64,000 bases of DNA, taken from Eledone cirrhosa (taxonomy: Eukaryota). Below, in pieces: positions 57,577 through 64,000 of the stretch. Made by a program: the position numbers and the translations under genes. How positions within the stretch are numbered: position 1 is the stretch's first letter; every line of letters begins with the position of its first letter. Location: positions 43,586,001 to 43,650,000 of the forward strand of contig OZ024741.1 of the NCBI GenBank assembly GCA_964016885.1, in the 5' to 3' direction. The notes under the pieces are model-generated. The model did not search any database. It was not told the origin of the DNA and saw nothing but the letters and a program-made list of their open reading frames with translations.

Positions 57577-57795
57577 GGTTTCTTATATAGGCAGAATGCC
57601 AGTAATTTTTGGTAAAGAGGGGAAAGTCGATTATATCGACTCGAGAGCGTAACTGGTACTTTATTTTATCGGTCCAGTAAGGATGAAAGACAAAGTTAAC
57701 CTCAGCGGGATTTGAACTCATAACAAAAAGGGCCATAACTCTATGCTGCAAAGCATTGTGTCCGACTCACTACCGATACTGCCAATCCACCGCAT
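57577..57795 (-). mobile_element. Main-family SINE (long variant)
   Basis: Consensus match; TSD cacaaataat. Confidence 0.93.
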
Positions 57796-58003
57796 TCACA
57801 AATAATCCAAGATGAGGTTTGGATAACCTTCGAGACAAGGTAAAGCACAAGCCATTATGTTTGTCAAGAGAAGTTCGCATGACGGGCATTAGCATGAATA
57901 ATATTAAATATTAAACTCTACTTACGTATTGAGTAATTCCTTTGTTTCAGCCGTCAACCAAATAAATATATATATATATATATATATATACGTGTGTGTG
58001 TGT

Positions 58004-58063
<60 letters not shown>

Positions 58064-58249
58064 GCGTGTGCGTGTGTTTGGGTGTGTGTATAAATCGGTA
58101 AAACAAAATTGATGAGAATCCTCATTCGAAGGTGTCAGCCAAACTGAAAACAGCTGGCCCTCTTGATCAAACATATTTTTCTGTTTTTTTTTATAGCTTC
58201 TTGGATTGTGTTTACCACCATTAGTTTATTATATAACTATTATGCAATT

Positions 58250-58310
58250 AACACCTGATGATGTCACCAGCATCTTACGGAATGTGACCAGTAAAAATGT
58301 ACATAGTGTT
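58250..58310 (+). ncRNA. Hammerhead ribozyme with GAAA mutated
   Basis: aacac-CTGATGA-tgtcac...gtgac-cagt-AAAA-atgtac-ATA-gtgtt, with palindromic stem III atgtacat. Confidence 0.6.
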
Positions 58311-58369
58311 TGCTACAATAAATCTTTGAAGTATTTCACCAGTCCATCGTCCAGTCATTTTACTCAATA

Positions 58370-58458
<89 letters not shown>

Positions 58459-58653
58459 GAGTATTTGTCTTACAAAAGGCATTAGTAACGACTAAGCAAA
58501 CATAGTAAGAACGCATATGGTGAAGACGTTATAATATAGATAAATCAGAACTGAAGTTTAACGTTAGGAGCAGAGTTACACATATTCATATTTTGATTAA
58601 CACATGAAATGATTAATCATCTTGGCTGAAAAATACCCATAGCAACCAGAGTG

Positions 58654-58693
<40 letters not shown>

Positions 58694-58694
<1 letters not shown>

Positions 58695-58885
58695 GTGGAA
58701 AAGTAAAAAAATCGGAGAATAGACCGTTAAAACATGTTTATTTAAAAAAGCACCTACGTACGTTTCGCCCAGTTGGGCTGCTCAAGGGCATAAATAATCA
58801 AAAGTGTTCCTTATATTGCTCGGAAAGAGTTTTGGGGGTTAAATCCACATCAAGGTTCATTGCTAGCAAAAATAGCTTGTTTACT
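58694..58885 (-). mobile_element. PLE pLTR, sister of 900-1105, with a hammerhead at 58750-58790
   Basis: Reverse complement match; gccca ac tgggc-GAAAC-gtac-GTA. Confidence 0.88.
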
Positions 58886-59010
58886 GCCGGCACGAATATT
58901 TAATACTGCCGGCACTAGTATCGAGCACCTTTGGCATACGCTACTTGGCAAATAACTATATGTATCACCTATCCTCCCCTTTTTTTCTCTTTCTCGATAT
59001 GTAAATACTG

Positions 59011-59049
<39 letters not shown>

Positions 59050-59051
59050 AT

Positions 59052-59232
59052 AATTGTTTCTACTTTTGGCACAAGGCCAGCAATTACCCAGTACATTACT
59101 GGTAATTTATTTTATCGACCCCGTAAGGATGAAAGGCAAAGTTGATCTCGGCGGGATTTGAACTCAGAATGGAAAGGGCCGTAATTCTATGCGTCAAAGC
59201 ATGACGTCCAAACCTCTACCAATACTGCCAAA
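59052..59232 (-). mobile_element. Main-family SINE
   Basis: Consensus match; TSD atagtaataat. Confidence 0.93.
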
Positions 59233-59415
59233 TAGTAATAATAATAAATTTGAAGACTAAAATCCAAAGAGGGCTCGATAAAGTTAAATATATATCAAAT
59301 ATATATGAACCGCAGAGCAAATATTTATTAAAATCTGTTATTTTAATAAATATATATATATATATATGTGGTTGTGTGTGTGTGTGTATACATACATATA
59401 TATATATATATATGC

Positions 59416-59715
<300 letters not shown>

Positions 59716-61879
59716 AATTAAATTAGCGATATAAAAGACACAGAAGCGAAAAGCGAGAACCAACCAAACAGTGAGTGTGTTCTGTTATTAATTCTTGCAA
59801 TATTACACAAATATGACCCTCCCCAAGTATAACTATATATAAATATGAAAAGTTTCAGGACATCGACGGCTGAGCTCCGGCCGGTTAGACAGCTACATCC
59901 GAACTAACGCACCACCATTCGAGCAGTGGGAATCTAGCTGAACTCCTCTAGGAGTAAAATCCATATATGGACTGACAGTCTAAGGAAAACAGTGCTAAAC
60001 GTTCTCTTGTTTTTTCGTTCTCATTGTTTTTCTACGGGAGTTGACAGTGATCGGGGTGTGGAGGTACCTCTGTTTAAATGTCTGGTTTAGTCCTGCTATA
60101 TTATCAACTTTTATCACACTCCTGGCGGCAAGGAATCGGGCTAGACAGGATAAACAGCAAGAGGAAATGGGTGACTAGTCCTATTGACTTAAAGATTTTA
60201 AGCTAGTCAGTCGTTCACACACGCTATTAAGAAAGTATTCTACCTTATCAAATATAAACTATAATAAAGTAAGGAGTGCGGGACTGCGTCCAGACTATAT
60301 ATGTTTATCCCGTTGTGAAAAATAAGTTGTATTACTTTGAATAAATAATGAATGAATATTACATAATTCATCTACTAAATTTCGTTATTCTTGATTAAAT
60401 ATAAATAATTTTGTTGCTTATTTTAAGATTCACTTCTTTAAAATGTTCAAATGTCAATACTTCCGGTTCGCGATCGCTTAAATAAACATTCTTATATTTC
60501 CGTCACTAATTTTCTTCTAAGGCAGCCTATATATAATATCGTCTTTTTTTAATGTATCATGGATTACGTTACAAAAGACAGTTTAACGCAGTCTTCGTTC
60601 AATTTCTGTGGATATTGTCAATTACGATGTTATTTGATATATCACATCTACATGCATATATACTTGCGTATAATATCAATATGCACACTACACATGCTAG
60701 CAGAAAACCACCCCAAGAGTTGTTTTTCTGCTAGTATATATAATCTGCACAAATGGCATTGTACTTAACTAAATCTGTTTCAAAAAGAACAAAAGAATGA
60801 GAGAAATTTTCCTTTTGGCGTTCTTAAGACAAAGGGAATTACGTAGTGTACTTATGTGTTTGTTAATTTGCTTTTTATTTACGATTTGCTACAAACTAAG
60901 CACTTATATTTTATTTCTATCTCCCCTCCTCGTAGAGAAATCTAGTTATTGTGGTTTGTCCAAATAAACGCATACGTTTTTTATCCAATTGTAAATTCTC
61001 TTCATATAAGTGTTAATATTTGTATGGCTAGGGAGTGGTTGTGTACGTAGATATCTAGCTTAGTGAGTGTGTATATGTATGTGTACGTCTATGTGCACAT
61101 CCAAGTGTATCTGCCAGGTCAACTTGAAATAGAATAATCGTGGAGAGGAGTAGAATTATATTTATAAAAAAAAAATAGGTTGTGCATGTGTGTGTAAGGG
61201 GGGGGGTGTATATGTCTTCCCCCAGGCATTGTTATCACAACCTTTAGACAATAGATCTATAGAATTGACGTCAGACCAAGCAATTGATCCACCTAATCAA
61301 AGACTGACAACTTAAATGTATCTGTCAACTTATTTATTAGGTATCTGAAAAGAAACAAGGAGCAGCCAGTCGTTGCTATTAAACGTAATATGTAGTGGAT
61401 TTCTTTGGTTCAAGTTTTATTTATTAGCTACCACTTAAATTACCTTAAATTACGGTTAGGAGTATAGATTTTATTTACTTAAAATATCCACAGTTCGTGG
61501 TACTACGAACATTGTATTGGTCATATCTCATGTATTTATAGTAGAATATGTGGAGTAGGTGATTACTATTTATTATGCAATGTATGTGTGTGTGTGTTGC
61601 AATGGGTGACGCGAGGGCTGTCCCCGCGCAATTACGTATTGATATTTCTATAATGGAGTGTTAGGATGGCTTTTGTCGTTTTAATCTAAGTATTTATGTA
61701 TGTGTACCTGCATGTGTGTCTATGTGGTTTTGTGTGTGTATGTGTGTGTGTGTGTACACCTACATAAAACGTATCACATATATGTATTTATAAGTTATTG
61801 TCATCAGAAAAATAATAAAAAAAGAAAATGTGGTCATTTATAACTATATATTTTATACGATTTCAGAATCGAGTTTTAG

Positions 61880-62520
61880 TGTAGAAAATGTAATTAACGT
61901 ATCTTCTGAATTCAGCTGGATATTGGACTTCATTCTTATCATGGATACTTTGTTTCTTCTATCCATTTAATGGATAAATCTATTTTTAGTTTTTCCAGCC
62001 TAAAATACTATCATAAAAGTAAGTAGTTGAAGGACTTTCTGTTTGTCAAACTAATAGTAGAACCACGTGAATATTGGTCAAACCTAGACAGCAATAAAAT
62101 GATTTGCTAAGCAATAGTGCTACAATCGGCTGAAGCAGTTTGTCGTCAGCATTTCTAAAAAATATATGTTTGTATATAATCCTTTTCAATAGTGAACATA
62201 TAACAAAGCTTATTCACGCCATAGATTTGTGTAAACATTTAATATATCCTTTCATACCTCCATGACTGAGGTTTTGTGTCTCTAATACTTTTATTGTTAG
62301 AAGTATCTATGCAATTGCTTCCACTAATCTGAAGGGAGGCCTATTTCGGAAGACTAATCACTGAATGAGAAGTTAGAATAGATGAATCTAATAATATATA
62401 TTTAAATGCATCATAGCTATCATCAGCTTCCCATTTAGGAGAGACACCAGACATCATACAAGTAGAAAGATCTCTTTTTCTGTTGAAAATCCAACATTAT
62501 AAAATGGTACACTCAATTAA
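61880..62520 (-). pseudogene. Possible Cys-loop LGIC remnant E
   Basis: PKWEADDSYDAFKYI, PQSWRYE, FFRN...LLQPIVALLL, SRGSTISLT...FNYLLL occur in the expected order, but each motif is weak. Confidence 0.3.
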
Positions 62521-62909
62521 ACCTTGCGAATTCTTTTGCTGGTTTGAGAGTTGAGAGGGTGAACATGTGTGTGTGTGTGTGTGTGTGTGAGTGTGTGCGT
62601 GTGCGTGTGCGTGTGTGGTGTGTGTATTTGTCTTTTACATCAGCTTTCTTTATTTCATTCTTGAATTACTTCTGAGCAGCACCACACACCTCCTTGTATC
62701 CCTCTTGTTTCAATGTTTTCTGTATTTCATCTGCCTGTCACCCAACGCATTGATTCTCTTTATGTCGGCCACAGGCAGCTGGTCTCTCTCATCTTAGGCT
62801 TTTTAGCCTACCACTGTCCTTGACAGCACTTCGCTGTTTTATCGGCTATGCTAGTGATACATTTTCTCATTTCTTTATGTATATATATATATATATTTAC
62901 AGTATATAT

Positions 62910-63100
62910 AATTGTTTCTACTCTTGGCACAGGTCAGAGATTATCCCAGTGTATTACTGGTACTTTATTTTATCGACCCCGTAAGGATGAAAGGCAAACT
63001 TAACTTCGGTGGGATATGAACTCAGACCATACAGGGCGGTAACTCTTTGCTGAAAAGCATGGCATCCAACCCTCTACCGATACTGCCAATCCACCGCCCC
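62910..63100 (-). mobile_element. Main-family SINE
   Basis: Consensus match; TSD gtatatataat. Confidence 0.95.
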
Positions 63101-63686
63101 TGTATATATAATGAATATTTACATCGATACAATGCTACAATCCTAGAGGCCACATCAATTATTCCCACCTTTCCGGAAAAAGGTACTTAATGATACAACG
63201 TGTAAAAAGGACATATTTCATAGCACACACAGAACAGAATGCAATGTACACGTATGTGTATGTTTGTGAATGCATGTGGAATAATAGTTAGTGTGCTGCC
63301 ACATATGAACGTAATGTCGTGTGTGTATATATATATATATATAATATATAAATGGAAAAAATGAAATTTTATTTCTCACTCTTAGTAGGGCTGATACTTA
63401 AATAGAAGTATGTATACGTACATACATATATGTATACAGATGTACAGTAGTATGTATATATATACATACATGCACACATATATATATATGTAGGTATGGG
63501 TTTACCGAATTAAGCCGTACAGTGTTCGGCAACTATCGTTGCCCTTTTGCTCAACACTGACATAGGACGATGAACTAGTTTCTAGCTTATTAGCTCTTAT
63601 CAGCACCGTATACCGTCCTGCCGGTCGATTGAACGCTTGAAAGTATATATTTTCCCTATGCATATTAACGGCTGAGCAACCTAATT

Positions 63687-63727
<41 letters not shown>

Positions 63728-64000
63728 GGTGTTGGATGCTTAAAGCGCCCATATACGGTAGGCCGTATGAGCACTCGATGCCCTCATAGAGCAGAGTATG
63801 AATAGGAAAATCTGGTTTGTAGAATCGAGACGTATGCGAGGACCGTGCGATTTCAGAGTCAGGTTTGATCACCACATCGATCGTGCCTCGAGCTGGTCTC
63901 CCGAGAAACAATTGTAATGTGTCCAATAAATTCCTTTCGTCGCAACACGGATTCTCTTTTTTCTGTGATATATATATATATATGCATATTAATTTCAACA

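Larger units (their letters stand above)
55700..57900 (-). pseudogene. Degenerate intronless Cys-loop LGIC remnant I, split by a SINE, RTE-X and (TA)n
   Basis: In order: SIKSIQLKRI*R, AYSGNLIF...VASS, CSFITFGR, aacgagtgaggtcatt (NEW-EVI with a 2-nt loss), LFAEIISPSIIISILN, VTFV...SSGLLILYISIVAYF. Confidence 0.55.

Noticed and set aside
61880-62520. Helitron helicase fragment
   Set aside because: No QFP or TINKSQG motifs; only a weak receptor-like reading remains.

Overview
AT-rich eukaryotic DNA that looks like a coleoid cephalopod (Octopus-type) genome. This is inferred from the extreme (TA)n/(CA)n load, the SINE family and the retroelement mix. No intact protein-coding gene was found, and most of the ORF track is microsatellite translation. 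Recognisable content: degraded non-LTR retrotransposons (Penelope-like, CR1/L2-group, RTE, RTE-X, Dong/R4, Hero, Tx1), about 12 copies of one tRNA-derived SINE, and a Tc1/mariner relic. Three layers are not visible in the ORF track. (1) The unique sequence between the repeats translates, through stops and frameshifts, into collinear motifs of intronless Cys-loop ligand-gated ion channel subunits at about 10 places. This suggests a pseudogene graveyard of the cephalopod chemotactile-receptor/atypical nAChR tandem array. (2) About 15 different minimal type-I hammerhead ribozyme motifs occur in Penelope pLTR-like fragments sitting in (TA)n, several with the compensatory U3-A8 core. (3) More than ten inverted duplications (about 20-650 bp arms) are anchored at (TA)n tracts, including staggered-break-type inversions. 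All calls were read by eye and the coordinates are approximate.
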